From an uncultured Gammaproteobacteria bacterium (GTDB lineage Bacteria > Patescibacteriota > Patescibacteriia > UBA9934), in NCBI GenBank assembly GCA_964414795.1, contig CAYPWV010000005.1:4336-68335 (forward strand): a DNA stretch of 64,000 nucleotides, read 5' to 3'. Made by a program: the position numbers and the translations under genes. This document shows positions 1-10,112 of this stretch, piece after piece (within the stretch, counting starts at the first letter, position 1; each line of letters opens with the position of its first letter). The notes beneath the pieces were generated by a model. The model did no database searches and was not told the DNA's origin. It saw only the letters and a list, made by a program, of their open reading frames with translations.

Positions 1-2137
1 CTTCAATAATTTCAATCTTTCCCGGAACTTCAGGAAGACCGGACATGCTCCACGAGTAACCCATTTTCGTTGCGTACGCAAAACCAAGATCTTTGAGTTC
101 ATCCAAAATATCTGCAGTGTATTCCTGGCCGTAGTATTCAAGAACATCACGAATAATGTTTGCAATTTCCTTTTTACCAATCACTTTGTTTTGGAAACCA
201 ATTTTTTCTGGGAACTTTTGATTCACGATAATACGACCCGCAGTAGTAACCACACGTTCACCGTTCATGGTAACGCGAATCCATTCTTGGTACGTAATCG
301 CTTGCTGAGAAAGCGCGTAGAGCGCATCCGTTGCACTAGCAAAAGAACGCATCTTCTTTTCGTCAGGTTCGGTAAAGGTCATCGTAAGGTAGAACGATGC
401 CCATGCAATATCTTTACCCGCCGTTGCAACCGGTCCACCAAACGAAGGCTTCAGCAAGTTACGAATAGAAAGCATGATGTTCTCTGCTTCCCAACGTGCT
501 TCTGCCGTAAGCGGAACGTGCACGGCCATCTGGTCTCCGTCGAAGTCTGCGTTATACGCTTCACACACCAAAGGATGAATCTGGAGTGCCTTTCCTTCAA
601 TAAGCTTGGGACGGAATGCCTGAATACCCAAACGGTGCAGCGTTGGTGCGCGGTTGAGCAGCACATAACTATCACGCGTTACTTCTTCTAAGATATCCCA
701 CACTTCAGGGCGATCGCTTTCAATAAAACGATTTGCAGAACGAATATTGTGCACGTATTCACGCGCAATAAGCTTTGAAATAACAAATGGACGGAACAAT
801 TCAAGCGCCATTTTCTTAGGAATACCACATTCCGAAAGCTTGAGGTGCGGACCAACCACAATAACCGAACGTCCGGAATAATCGATACGCTTACCAAGCA
901 AGTTCTGGCGGAAACGACCCTGTTTACCCTTCAAAAAGTCTGCAAGAGACTTAAGCTGACGTTTTTTACCCGTTGCCGCAAGCACCGTTTTTGATTGACG
1001 TGCGGAGTTGTCGATAAGCGAATCAACCGCTTCTTGCAACATGCGCTTTTCGTTACGCGTAATAACTTCAGGAGCGTTCAGCGCAAACAAACGACGCAAA
1101 CGATTGTTACGGTTAATAACACGACGGTACAAATCGTTAAGATCAGACGTTGCAAAACGTCCTCCATCAAGCGGAACCATCGGACGTAAATCAGGAGGGA
1201 TAACGGGAAGTACGCGCAAAATCATCCATCCTGGTGCAACCTCATTTTTTTGCAGCGCACGGAAAAGCTTGAGGCGGCGCATGATGCGATCAGCCTTTGC
1301 TTTAGAAGACGTGCTTTCAAGTTCTTCGGTGAGTTTGATGATGGTGTCAGCAACGTTGATGCGGTCGAGCAATTTAATAATCGCTTCTGCGCCAATGCCC
1401 GCATCAAACATGTGTCCATAGCGCATGGACCAGTCGTGATACGTTACTTCGGAAATAATACGAAGAGGAGCAATTTCCTTAAGATCTTTATCGACTTGGA
1501 TAAAATCTTTTTCAAGCTCATCAAGCTTTTCTGCGGTCATTGCTTCAATGCGTGCAAGTTCCTTTTTCAAATCAGCCTTTTTATCAGCCATGCTTTCTTC
1601 TGCACGCTGCTCATCACGCTTACGCTCGCCTTCAATGGTACGCTTTTTTGCTTTATATTCTTCGCGTACTTGTTCAATGGTCATTTGGCGTGCCTCTTCG
1701 TTCACATCCGTAATAATGAACGCACCAAAGTACACCACCTTTTCAAGCTGCTGCACACCCAAATCAAGCATCAAACCAACTTTTGAAGGCACACCGCGCA
1801 AGAACCAAATGTGCGTTACCGGAGCCGCGAGTTCAATGTGTCCCATGCGCTCACGACGCACCGAGGATTGCGTTACTTCAACGCCACATTTGTCACAAAT
1901 AATACCCTTGTACCGAATTTTTTTATATTTTCCACAATAACATTCCCAATCTTTGGAAGGTCCAAAAATTTCTTCAGCGAACAAACCCTGTTTCTCGGGC
2001 TTTTGGGTACGGTAGTTAATCGTTTCTGGCTTGGTAATTTCACCGTACGACCAAGAACGAATCACATCCGGAGATGCGAGCTTGAGACGAATAGCATCAA
2101 AGTCAGTGGACTTGAGCGTTTCAAATTTCATTGCCAT
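1..2137 (-). CDS. rpoC: DNA-directed RNA polymerase beta' subunit, N-terminal ~710 aa (3' end lies beyond the window start)
   Basis: The six-frame track misses it because the ORF is not closed inside the window. Reverse-complement translation from 2137 gives MAMKFETLKSTDFDAIRLKLASPDVIRSWSYGEITKPETINYRTQKPE...CGVEVTQSRVRRERMGHIEL, the canonical beta' N-terminus with its zinc-finger region. The frame stays open to position 1. It sits 12 nt downstream of the rpoB stop, the classic rpoBC arrangement. Confidence 0.9.
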   Translation of the reverse strand, partial: MAMKFETLKSTDFDAIRLKLASPDVIRSWSYGEITKPETINYRTQKPEKQGLFAEEIFGPSKDWECYCGKYKKIRYKGIICDKCGVEVTQSSVRRERMGHIELAAPVTHIWFLRGVPSKVGLMLDLGVQQLEKVVYFGAFIITDVNEEARQMTIEQVREEYKAKKRTIEGERKRDEQRAEESMADKKADLKKELARIEAMTAEKLDELEKDFIQVDKDLKEIAPLRIISEVTYHDWSMRYGHMFDAGIGAEAIIKLLDRINVADTIIKLTEELESTSSKAKADRIMRRLKLFRALQKNEVAPGWMILRVLPVIPPDLRPMVPLDGGRFATSDLNDLYRRVINRNNRLRRLFALNAPEVITRNEKRMLQEAVDSLIDNSARQSKTVLAATGKKRQLKSLADFLKGKQGRFRQNLLGKRIDYSGRSVIVVGPHLKLSECGIPKKMALELFRPFVISKLIAREYVHNIRSANRFIESDRPEVWDILEEVTRDSYVLLNRAPTLHRLGIQAFRPKLIEGKALQIHPLVCEAYNADFDGDQMAVHVPLTAEARWEAENIMLSIRNLLKPSFGGPVATAGKDIAWASFYLTMTFTEPDEKKMRSFASATDALYALSQQAITYQEWIRVTMNGERVVTTAGRIIVNQKFPEKIGFQNKVIGKKEIANIIRDVLEYYGQEYTADILDELKDLGFAYATKMGYSWSMSGLPEVPGKIEIIE

Positions 2138-2149
2138 AGATGATCGTGG

Positions 2150-5100
2150 TTATGGGCGACGTGGCACATTGCCATCACCAAGTTCTACTTTTTTATTGTG
2201 CTTGAGGAGCTCTACGTCCAAACCAAGACCTTTCAATTCGCGAATAAGCACATTGAACGATTCGGGAATATTCACCTTCACAATAGGCTCTCCTTTGATG
2301 ATAGACTCGTATGCCTTTGCACGACCCGGAACGTCATCGGATTTAATAGTGAGAATTTCTTGCAGCATGTGTGAAGCACCGTATGCCTGCAAAGCCCACA
2401 CTTCCATTTCACCAAAACGCTGTCCACCAAATTGTGCCTTACCTCCGAGTGGCTGCTGCGTAATAAGCGAGTACGGACCAATAGAACGTGAGTGCATTTT
2501 ATCTTCAACCATGTGGTTAAGCTTGAGCATGTACATGATTCCCACGGTCACTGGATTTTCAAATGCTTCACCCGATTTACCGTCATACAGCTCAACCTGT
2601 CCGGTATCAGGGAATCCTGCTTTTACCAATTCTTCCTTAATGGCGTGATCAGGAGCACCCGCAAATACCGGCGTTGCAACGCGGTAGCCAAGTTTTTGCG
2701 CCGCAAGTCCAAGGTGCACCTCTAAAATCTGACCAAGGTTCATACGAGAAACCACACCAAGCGGTGTAAGGATCACATCAACCGGACGACCATCGTCCAT
2801 GAACGGCATGTCTTCAATAGGAACAACGATAGAAACAACACCCTTGTTTCCGTGACGTCCTGCAACCTTATCTCCCGCTTGCAATTTACGAAGATCGGCA
2901 ATAGTTACTTGAATGGTTTTCATCACGCCCGGAGGAAGGTTATCTCCTTCTTCGCGAGAAAAAATCTTTACATCAACCACCTTTCCTTTGCGACCATGTT
3001 CAAGATACAACGAAGAATCGCGCACTTCGCGGGCTTTTTCGCCGAAAATGGCACGAAGCAATTTTTCTTCGGGAGAAAGTTCGGTTTCGCCCTTTGGGGT
3101 AATTTTACCCACCAAAATGTCTCCACTCTTTACTTCAGCGCCTACACGAATAATACCCTCTGCATCAAGATGCTTAAGCTTTTCTTCAGAAACGTTAGGA
3201 ATGTCGGACGTAACTACTTCAACACCCAGCTTGGTATCACGCACATCAAGCGAAAGATGCTCCAAGTGAATGGTAGTAAAACGATCTTGCTGCACCACGC
3301 GTTCAGAAACGATCACCGCATCTTCATAGTTGTAGCCATGCCAACTCATGAAAGCAACAAGCATGTTTTGACCAAGCGCAAGTTCGCCTTGCGAAACCGA
3401 AGGGCCATCCGCAAGTGCATCACCTGCCTTTACCTGTTGCCCAGGAAAAACCGTTGGGCGCTCGGTAATTGCGGTGGAGTTGTTTGAGCGAAGATATTTG
3501 TTGAGCTTATAAGTTTTTTCACCCAAGGTTTTGTAACCCATGGTCACTTTAATACCATCAGAAGCAACAACCGTACCCGCATCTTCTGCCAACAACACGT
3601 GACCGGAATCTCGTGCCGCACGATACTCAACACCCGTTCCCACAAGAGGAGCTTGCGGACGAATGGTAGGAACTGCCTGACGTTGCATGTTCGTTCCCAT
3701 GAGTGCACGCGTTGCGTCGTCGTGCTCAAGGAAAGGAATAAGTGAAGTACCGATAGAGATGATTTGGTTTGATGCAACGTCCATGTACGTTACCTCGGAA
3801 GCAGCAACCAATTTTGGCTTGCCGTAACGACGCGCTTCAACATAGTCATCAACAATATATCCCCTATCATCTAAACGAATGGTTGCAGGGCACGTAACAT
3901 TCTTTTCTTCGGTAAATGCATCCAAATACACAATCTCATCTGTTGCACGCGCACGCCCTTTTTCTTGCACAACTTTGCGATAAGGAGCCTCGATAAAGCC
4001 AAACGGATTCACGCGTGCGTAGCTTGCAAGGTGACCCACCAAACCAATGTTTGGACCTTCTGGAGTAGCAATAGGACAAATGCGTCCGTAGTGCGTAGTG
4101 TGCACATCGCGTACTTCAAAACCTGCACGCTCACGAGAAAGACCACCCGGACCCATAGCCGACAACCGACGCTTGTGCTCAAGCTCAGCAAGAGGATTTG
4201 TTTGATCCATGAACTGCGAGAGCTGGGATGACATGAAAAACTCACGCACCACGCCGATAACCGGACGCGCATTGATCAGTTTTCCCGGCGTAAGACTATC
4301 GATATCCTGCGTGGACATGCGATCCTTTACAATGCGCTCCATACGTGCCAAGCCAATACGCAAACGTGCTTGAAGCAATTCACCCACCGAACGAATACGA
4401 CGGTTACCCAAGTGATCAACATCATCTGGCTCGTGCTGCTCAATGTTCAAACGAATAATTTCACTCACGATGTTCACCAAATCTTGGCGTGCAAGAATAC
4501 GATTTTCTTCAACATGCACACCTTCTTCGGAATTTTGAATGCCAAAACGAATATTAAATTTATAACGGCCTACCGGACCAAGATCGTACCGATCAAAATT
4601 GAAGAACATCGCATGAATAAGCGAACGCGCATTGTCTGCAGTTGCAAGATCACCCGGACGAACACGCTTGTACACTTCGCGCAAACCTTCTTCTTCGCTT
4701 GTAGAAATATCTTTTTGCAAAGTGGATTCGATGTAACTAATAGAAGGATGAATATCAACATCTTTAAACAAGGCAAGAATTTCTTCATTAGTGTTAAATC
4801 CAAATGCACGCAAAAGTGCAGTAATAGCCACCTTACGCTTACGATCAATTTTTACCCAAATAACATTCTTCGCATCGGTTTCAAGCTCAAGCCATGCACC
4901 ACGGTTAGGAATAATTTTTGCTCCGTAGTGACGGCGACCGCGCACCGTTTCTGCAGTAAAAAATGCACCCGCGGAACGCACAAGCTGAGAAACCACCACA
5001 CGCTCAACGCCGTTAACGATAAACGTTCCCCGAGGAGTCATGACCGGAAAATCGCCCAAGTAAATTTCTTGTTCTTTTGTTTCATTGGTACGCAAATTCT

Positions 5101-5461
5101 TTAAGCGCGCCTTTACACGCATGGGAGCCTCAAATGTAACGTTTTTCAAACGGCTCGTAAGCTCATCAAATTTTGGATCATCCAAATAGTACTCACCAAA
5201 GGAAAGCTCAAGATCACGACCAATAAAGTCGCGAATAGGAGAAACTTCGTCAAAAAGCTCACGAACGCCTTGCTCCAAAAACCAGGCATAAGATGCTTTT
5301 TGTGCCGCAATAAGATCGGGGAGATCTGCAGCGGTATTGACGTGCTCAAAAAGCTTACGAGGAGCATGAACAGCAACAGAAGAAGGGGTAGTGTCTACCG
5401 CGTTCTTCTTGGAAGAAAGTGCTTTCGCCATACGCATCAATACCGATTGCCAAAAACGCAA
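2150..5461 (-). CDS. rpoB: DNA-directed RNA polymerase beta subunit (1103 aa)
   Basis: Long ORF carrying hallmark beta-subunit blocks (GEMEVWALQAYGASHMLQEILTIKSDD, NMQRQAVP, the rifampicin-cluster region). True start is probably the internal MRMAKAL. A ~280-nt 5' leader follows. Confidence 0.97.
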   Translation of the reverse strand: MRFWQSVLMRMAKALSSKKNAVDTTPSSVAVHAPRKLFEHVNTAADLPDLIAAQKASYAWFLEQGVRELFDEVSPIRDFIGRDLELSFGEYYLDDPKFDELTSRLKNVTFEAPMRVKARLKNLRTNETKEQEIYLGDFPVMTPRGTFIVNGVERVVVSQLVRSAGAFFTAETVRGRRHYGAKIIPNRGAWLELETDAKNVIWVKIDRKRKVAITALLRAFGFNTNEEILALFKDVDIHPSISYIESTLQKDISTSEEEGLREVYKRVRPGDLATADNARSLIHAMFFNFDRYDLGPVGRYKFNIRFGIQNSEEGVHVEENRILARQDLVNIVSEIIRLNIEQHEPDDVDHLGNRRIRSVGELLQARLRIGLARMERIVKDRMSTQDIDSLTPGKLINARPVIGVVREFFMSSQLSQFMDQTNPLAELEHKRRLSAMGPGGLSRERAGFEVRDVHTTHYGRICPIATPEGPNIGLVGHLASYARVNPFGFIEAPYRKVVQEKGRARATDEIVYLDAFTEEKNVTCPATIRLDDRGYIVDDYVEARRYGKPKLVAASEVTYMDVASNQIISIGTSLIPFLEHDDATRALMGTNMQRQAVPTIRPQAPLVGTGVEYRAARDSGHVLLAEDAGTVVASDGIKVTMGYKTLGEKTYKLNKYLRSNNSTAITERPTVFPGQQVKAGDALADGPSVSQGELALGQNMLVAFMSWHGYNYEDAVIVSERVVQQDRFTTIHLEHLSLDVRDTKLGVEVVTSDIPNVSEEKLKHLDAEGIIRVGAEVKSGDILVGKITPKGETELSPEEKLLRAIFGEKAREVRDSSLYLEHGRKGKVVDVKIFSREEGDNLPPGVMKTIQVTIADLRKLQAGDKVAGRHGNKGVVSIVVPIEDMPFMDDGRPVDVILTPLGVVSRMNLGQILEVHLGLAAQKLGYRVATPVFAGAPDHAIKEELVKAGFPDTGQVELYDGKSGEAFENPVTVGIMYMLKLNHMVEDKMHSRSIGPYSLITQQPLGGKAQFGGQRFGEMEVWALQAYGASHMLQEILTIKSDDVPGRAKAYESIIKGEPIVKVNIPESFNVLIRELKGLGLDVELLKHNKKVELGDGNVPRRP

Positions 5462-5747
5462 AAGGCACCTTGCTGGAGCAAGATGTCTTTAACGAACGAG
5501 CTCGTTTTGGGCTGCGGCCGCAACAAAGGAATAAATTCCGCTTGTAACAGCGCACATTTGGCTATTCGGCATGCCAAACGAGTCAAGAATTTTAGTCACA
5601 AAAGTATAACAGATGGAAAGTGCAGGCGTCAAATACACCCTTCACCCACCAAATATGCAGGACAAGAACACAAACACGAGTTAGAAAAAGCCAAGAGATC
5701 CTGGCAACGTTTGGTCTTACCCCGCAATATCGGTGGACGAAGAGAAC

Positions 5748-5776
5748 GGTACCTCCTGAGAATACTCAGGAGGTAC
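5748..5776 (-). terminator. Perfect 13-bp-stem hairpin (GGTACCTCCTGAG-aata-CTCAGGAGGTACC) just downstream of recA
   Basis: The inverted repeat is visible in the sequence and lies 3' of the recA stop on the minus strand. The downstream U-run is weak. Confidence 0.45.
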
Positions 5777-5788
5777 CAATCTGACAAG

Positions 5789-6865
5789 CTATTCAGTCAC
5801 CGCATCAGGAGCATTTTCGGCCGGATCTTCCGCAGGCTTTTTAACAGGAGGAAGTCCATCTTCTTCTATTTGCTTTGCCTGAACCCGCACGGCATCGGAA
5901 ATCTTGGCAAAAAGCTCTGAATGTTCTTTGAGATATGTTTTTGCAGCCTCGCGTCCCACACCAATTTTTTCTTCACCAAATCCGTAAGAATTACCACGTT
6001 TTTCAATAACTCCCAGCGCAACACCCAAATCGAGCACATCTCCCGTTAAAGAAATGCCTTCGTTATACATGATATCGAACTCGGCCGTACGGAACGGAGG
6101 CGCGACTTTATTTTTTACGACTTTTACTTTAACACGATTTCCAATAATCTTTTCTCCTTGCTTAATTTGCGCACTCCGACGAATTTCTACACGAACAGAC
6201 GCATAAAACTTGAGCGCATTTCCTCCCGGCGTGGTTTCGGGATTTCCAAACATCACGCCGATTTTCATACGGATTTGATTAATAAAGATAACAACCGTTC
6301 CTGATTTGGAAACGATAGGCGTAAGCTTGCGAAGCGCCTGACTCATAAGACGAGCCTGCAACCCCATATGCTGATCTCCCATTTCCCCTTCAATTTCCGC
6401 CTTAGGAACAAGCGCGGCAACAGAATCGATAACAATAACATCGATTGCGTTTGAACGAACGAGGGTTTCGACAATTTCTAATGCTTGTTCCCCACTGTCT
6501 GGCTGGGAAATGATAAGATCTTCAACTTTAATACCAATTCTTCGGGCGTAATCAGGATCAAGCGCATGCTCAGCATCTACAAAAGCTGCCACACCTCCTT
6601 TTTTTTGCACTTCGGCAACGATGTGCTGCGCAAGTGTTGTTTTACCCGAAGATTCTGGACCATAAATTTCTATAACCCGACCACGAGGAACTCCACCAAC
6701 ACCCAATGCTAAATCGATAGAGAGACATCCCGTAGTAATAGAATCAACATTGGTAGATTTTGCCTCACCAAAACGCATGATACTTCCCTCACCAAAACGT
6801 TCCTTAATTTGCTCCATTGCTTGCGCCGCAGCAGCAAGACGCGGATTAACCTGTGTTTTTGCCAT
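5789..6865 (-). CDS. recA: Recombinase RecA
   Basis: [13 protein letters not shown] Walker A, and RecA-typical blocks throughout ([41 protein letters not shown]). Confidence 0.97.
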   Translation of the reverse strand: MAKTQVNPRLAAAAQAMEQIKERFGEGSIMRFGEAKSTNVDSITTGCLSIDLALGVGGVPRGRVIEIYGPESSGKTTLAQHIVAEVQKKGGVAAFVDAEHALDPDYARRIGIKVEDLIISQPDSGEQALEIVETLVRSNAIDVIVIDSVAALVPKAEIEGEMGDQHMGLQARLMSQALRKLTPIVSKSGTVVIFINQIRMKIGVMFGNPETTPGGNALKFYASVRVEIRRSAQIKQGEKIIGNRVKVKVVKNKVAPPFRTAEFDIMYNEGISLTGDVLDLGVALGVIEKRGNSYGFGEEKIGVGREAAKTYLKEHSELFAKISDAVRVQAKQIEEDGLPPVKKPAEDPAENAPDAVTE

Positions 6866-6969
6866 AATGTTGTATAACGAAATGAATAAAGAAAATTTTT
6901 GTACGAGATGATAAAGAGTGCGAACAAAAACCGAACATAAGTGTATCCTACTTTTTCTTTTTCTTCTCC

Positions 6970-7665
6970 TTATTCTCGTAACTTATCCACATCCGCCGGC
7001 TGATATACCACAATTCGCTCATCACTAAACGCAGAAGAGTACCGAGAACGTGCAGAAATAAAAAGGCGATTCGGACCTACTTGCAAAGGCACTTCTAAAG
7101 AAAAAGCCCCCTCAGGCGACAAAGGAACCATTTGATCATTAATACGAATGGAAATATTCGTATCATCCGCCGATCCGGTTACAACAACATAAGGGACACC
7201 TACAATGGATTCTTCAAGAGGAGCAACAACGTGAAGCGTGGGCGGAAGAAAACCTACGTAAATACGAGAACACAGCCAAAAAACACCCAAGAAAAAAACA
7301 AACGCAATAAAACTTCCCGTAAAAATTTGCGGAAGAGAAAGGAAAAGAAATCGGCGAGCACGGGTACGAGGAAGTCGGTGAGGAGCGAGGAGATCGGAAC
7401 GCGCAACCTCAAGCGAAAAAAGTTCGAGAAAATAGGTTTCATCTGCACCAAGATACCGGGCATACGCGCGAATAAAGTTTCGCGTATACAGCGGATCAGG
7501 AAGCTCGTGATACCTTCCCCACTCAAGCGCCTCCAAGTAACTACGTTGAATACGTGTTGCTGCAACAATCATATCCATGGTAACCGCCTGCGTGCGTCGC
7601 AAAAGACGCAAACGCTCGCCGAGCGTTTGCGCCTCACTTTCTAAAGGACGACGTACAAAAACCAT
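6970..7665 (-). CDS. RodZ-like membrane protein: N-terminal XRE-type HTH, single TM segment, C-terminal DUF4115-like beta domain
   Basis: The HTH motif is [35 protein letters not shown] hydrophobic segment ([26 protein letters not shown]) follows, then a C-terminal beta-rich region. This matches RodZ domain architecture. Confidence 0.55.
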   Translation of the reverse strand: MVFVRRPLESEAQTLGERLRLLRRTQAVTMDMIVAATRIQRSYLEALEWGRYHELPDPLYTRNFIRAYARYLGADETYFLELFSLEVARSDLLAPHRLPRTRARRFLFLSLPQIFTGSFIAFVFFLGVFWLCSRIYVGFLPPTLHVVAPLEESIVGVPYVVVTGSADDTNISIRINDQMVPLSPEGAFSLEVPLQVGPNRLFISARSRYSSAFSDERIVVYQPADVDKLRE

Positions 7666-7689
7666 ACGCCTGTGGTTGTACCTTTCTTT

Positions 7690-10062
7690 TTACTTTTTCA
7701 CGATATCTTCGTCCACATCTTCGTCGATTTCGTCGTCATGATCATTATCGCGAGACGCCATAAATGGCGTCTCTACGTCCTCATCCTGATCACCATCAGG
7801 GGGCGGAAGGTGTTCCGCCCCTGCGTCATCATTATCGTATTCTTCCATACTCGACCCATGCGGCGGCCAGGATGTCACCAGCACCTCACGGGGCTTTGCA
7901 CCATCCGAAGGACCGACAACTCCCATCTCTTCGAGAAGATCAAGGATACGCGCTGCTCGCGAATAGCCAATCTTCATGCGACGCTGTAGATACGACGTTG
8001 AAAGATGCCCTGCATCAATAGCAATTTGAATAGCCTCTTCAAGAAGCGGATCAGCATCATCTCCTCCCAAAGAAACGCCTCCACTATTGTCACCTTTTCC
8101 TCCTTCAATAATTTGATAATTATAATCCGGCGTACTTTCTTTTTTAAGAAAAGAAACGACGTTTTCAATCTCTTCTTCTGAAATAAAAGCGCCTTGAATA
8201 CGCTTGGGTTTACTCAGCTCAGCATTTGAAAGCAACATGTCACCACGACCAAGCAATTTATCCGCACCTGCAACGTCAAGAATCGTTTTCGAATCAACTT
8301 GTGAAGCAACCGCAAACGCCAAACGCGTAGGAATATTTGCCTTAATGGTTCCGGTAATAACATCCACCGACGGACGCTGCGTTGCAAGAATAAGATGGAT
8401 GCCCGCCGCACGCGCCATTTGCGCAATACGCACCACCGTTGCTTCAACATCGCGCTTGTTTTGAATCATTAAATCCGCCAACTCATCGATAATGATAATA
8501 ATGCGCGGCATCTTTTCGGAAGACTTTGCATTATAGGAATCAATATCTTTTGCATTAAACTTCGCCAAATAATCAAGACGTCGTTCCATTTCCCGCACAC
8601 CCCACTTAAGCGCATTCACCGCCTCTTCTGCTTTCACAATAGGCGGCACCAAAAGATGCGGAATACCCGCATACACGCCCAATTCTACGCGCTTCGGATC
8701 AACCATGATGAATTTCAAATCATCCGGACCGTTTTGATACAGAAGCGAAATGATCATGGTATTTAAACACACCGACTTTCCACTTCCCGTTGCACCTGCA
8801 ACGAGCATGTGCGGCGCACGCTCCACTTGCAAAAGGGGAACGCTTCCCGAAATATCACGCCCGAGCGGAACAGAATATTGCGACTTTCTCTTTTCAAAAT
8901 CTGGCGACTCAATAAGCTCACGCAGCGTAACGCGCGCCACCGTTTGGTTAGGCACTTCAACACCCACTAATGCCTTTCCTGGGATAGGCGCTTCAATACG
9001 AATAGGATGCGCAGCAAGCGCAAGAGCAAGATCGTTTTGCAAAGCAATAACCCGCGCAAGCTTCACTCCTTGTGCCGGACGAAATGCGTATTGCGTAACC
9101 GTTGGCCCCACACGCACTTCGCTCATTTCTACATCAATACCAAACTGTCGCAATGTTTTCGCGATAATTTCCTGATTGCGTGTAATATCTCCCGGCTTTG
9201 CTTCGCTCCGACGATTATCAAGAAGATCGAGTGGAATATCTACCGTGCGACGAGGTTCGCTTGAGGTAATAACCTGTTCCCCCTCCTTTTTGGCCGATTG
9301 CATCATTTGAAATACCTTTACAGCCTTTGCGGATTTTTCTTCTTCTGCGGATTCGTTGTCTCCGTCGTCATTATCCTTGTCGCGATCACGAGACGCCATG
9401 AATGGCGTCTCTACGTCTTCATCTTCGTTCTCATCTTGTTCTTTTTGGACGGATGCATTGGTCGATCCCTTTTTTGGCTTACCCTCTTCGTCGTAACGCA
9501 CAACTTTCGCAGTTGCGAGAGACTCTTTTGTGGAACGCAGCACATCAAATAACGGCGCAAGCATCACCCCGAGAGGAATATTCGTAATGCCGATAACGCC
9601 CACAACCATCGCAACAAGCGCTAAAAAGCCCGCAACTAAACCGCCAAATGCTCCCGCAACCCACGAACCAAACACAAGCCCAAACACTCCACCCGCATGA
9701 CGAAGCGCCTCATCAGTAACCGTTCGCACAAAGAGCACGTGCAAAAGACCGGTTACACCAAGCGTAATCGCCGTTGCCGACAACAACGTGCGCAGCGACA
9801 AAAAGCGACGATCGCCTAAAATCATGTCTGTTCCAATACCCAAAAGTAACAACGGAAAAACAATGCGCCCCATCCCTGCACCAGAAGCAAGGGCGTTATC
9901 AATACTATCTCCCGCAGAACCCGCAAGCCCCACCATCGCCAAAAGCATCACCACGCCAAGCGCAATAACAATCACCGCAAGAATACTAGAAAGAATCCCC
10001 CCACCTCCTTCATCAAAGGCATATTCCTCCTCTTCGTACTTTTTTGCTTTTCGCTTTGCCAT
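7690..10062 (-). CDS. ftsK: DNA translocase FtsK/SpoIIIE (790 aa)
   Basis: N-terminal TM helices, an acidic linker, an ATPase core (MLVAGATGSGKSVCLN Walker A, IIIIDELADLM Walker B) and a gamma winged helix (GYSRAARILDLLEEMGVVGP). An unusual ~60-aa acidic C-terminal extension follows the gamma domain. The linker and this tail each carry one copy of the palindromic element. Confidence 0.93.
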   Translation of the reverse strand: MAKRKAKKYEEEEYAFDEGGGGILSSILAVIVIALGVVMLLAMVGLAGSAGDSIDNALASGAGMGRIVFPLLLLGIGTDMILGDRRFLSLRTLLSATAITLGVTGLLHVLFVRTVTDEALRHAGGVFGLVFGSWVAGAFGGLVAGFLALVAMVVGVIGITNIPLGVMLAPLFDVLRSTKESLATAKVVRYDEEGKPKKGSTNASVQKEQDENEDEDVETPFMASRDRDKDNDDGDNESAEEEKSAKAVKVFQMMQSAKKEGEQVITSSEPRRTVDIPLDLLDNRRSEAKPGDITRNQEIIAKTLRQFGIDVEMSEVRVGPTVTQYAFRPAQGVKLARVIALQNDLALALAAHPIRIEAPIPGKALVGVEVPNQTVARVTLRELIESPDFEKRKSQYSVPLGRDISGSVPLLQVERAPHMLVAGATGSGKSVCLNTMIISLLYQNGPDDLKFIMVDPKRVELGVYAGIPHLLVPPIVKAEEAVNALKWGVREMERRLDYLAKFNAKDIDSYNAKSSEKMPRIIIIIDELADLMIQNKRDVEATVVRIAQMARAAGIHLILATQRPSVDVITGTIKANIPTRLAFAVASQVDSKTILDVAGADKLLGRGDMLLSNAELSKPKRIQGAFISEEEIENVVSFLKKESTPDYNYQIIEGGKGDNSGGVSLGGDDADPLLEEAIQIAIDAGHLSTSYLQRRMKIGYSRAARILDLLEEMGVVGPSDGAKPREVLVTSWPPHGSSMEEYDNDDAGAEHLPPPDGDQDEDVETPFMASRDNDHDDEIDEDVDEDIVKK
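7752..7776. repeat. Palindromic element copy A (GAGACGCCAT-aa-ATGGCGTCTC plus TAC), in-frame in the ftsK C-terminal tail encoding DEDVETPFMASRDND
   Basis: Perfect 10+2+10 palindrome read directly. The 25-nt core is shared with the copies at 9390, 28145 and 35041. Confidence 0.8.
9390..9414. repeat. Palindromic element copy B (GAGACGCCAT-ga-ATGGCGTCTC plus TAC), in-frame in the ftsK linker encoding EDVETPFMASRDRDK
   Basis: Same palindrome as copy A. It lies in the acidic linker between the TM region and the motor domain. Confidence 0.8.
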
Positions 10063-10112
10063 ATACGTTCAACATTGTAGCAAAGTATGAAAATCGCTAC
10101 ATATGAACCAAT

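Noticed and set aside
1008-2648. Five overlapping plus-strand ORFs from the track (1008-1421, 1250-1786, 1548-1940, 1811-2143, 2031-2648).
   Set aside because: They are antisense to the unambiguous rpoC and rpoB reading frames and have low-complexity, Arg/Ser-rich translations typical of shadow ORFs on the opposite strand of GC-biased coding sequence.
7752-7776. The inverted CGTCTC/GAGACG (BsmBI/Esp3I-like) pairs in the palindrome as a sign that the sequence is synthetic or a cloning-vector artefact (Golden-Gate-style cassette).
   Set aside because: The copies sit in-frame inside long, otherwise native housekeeping and surface genes, with flanks that differ at each site. The surrounding 64 kb shows normal bacterial operon structure.
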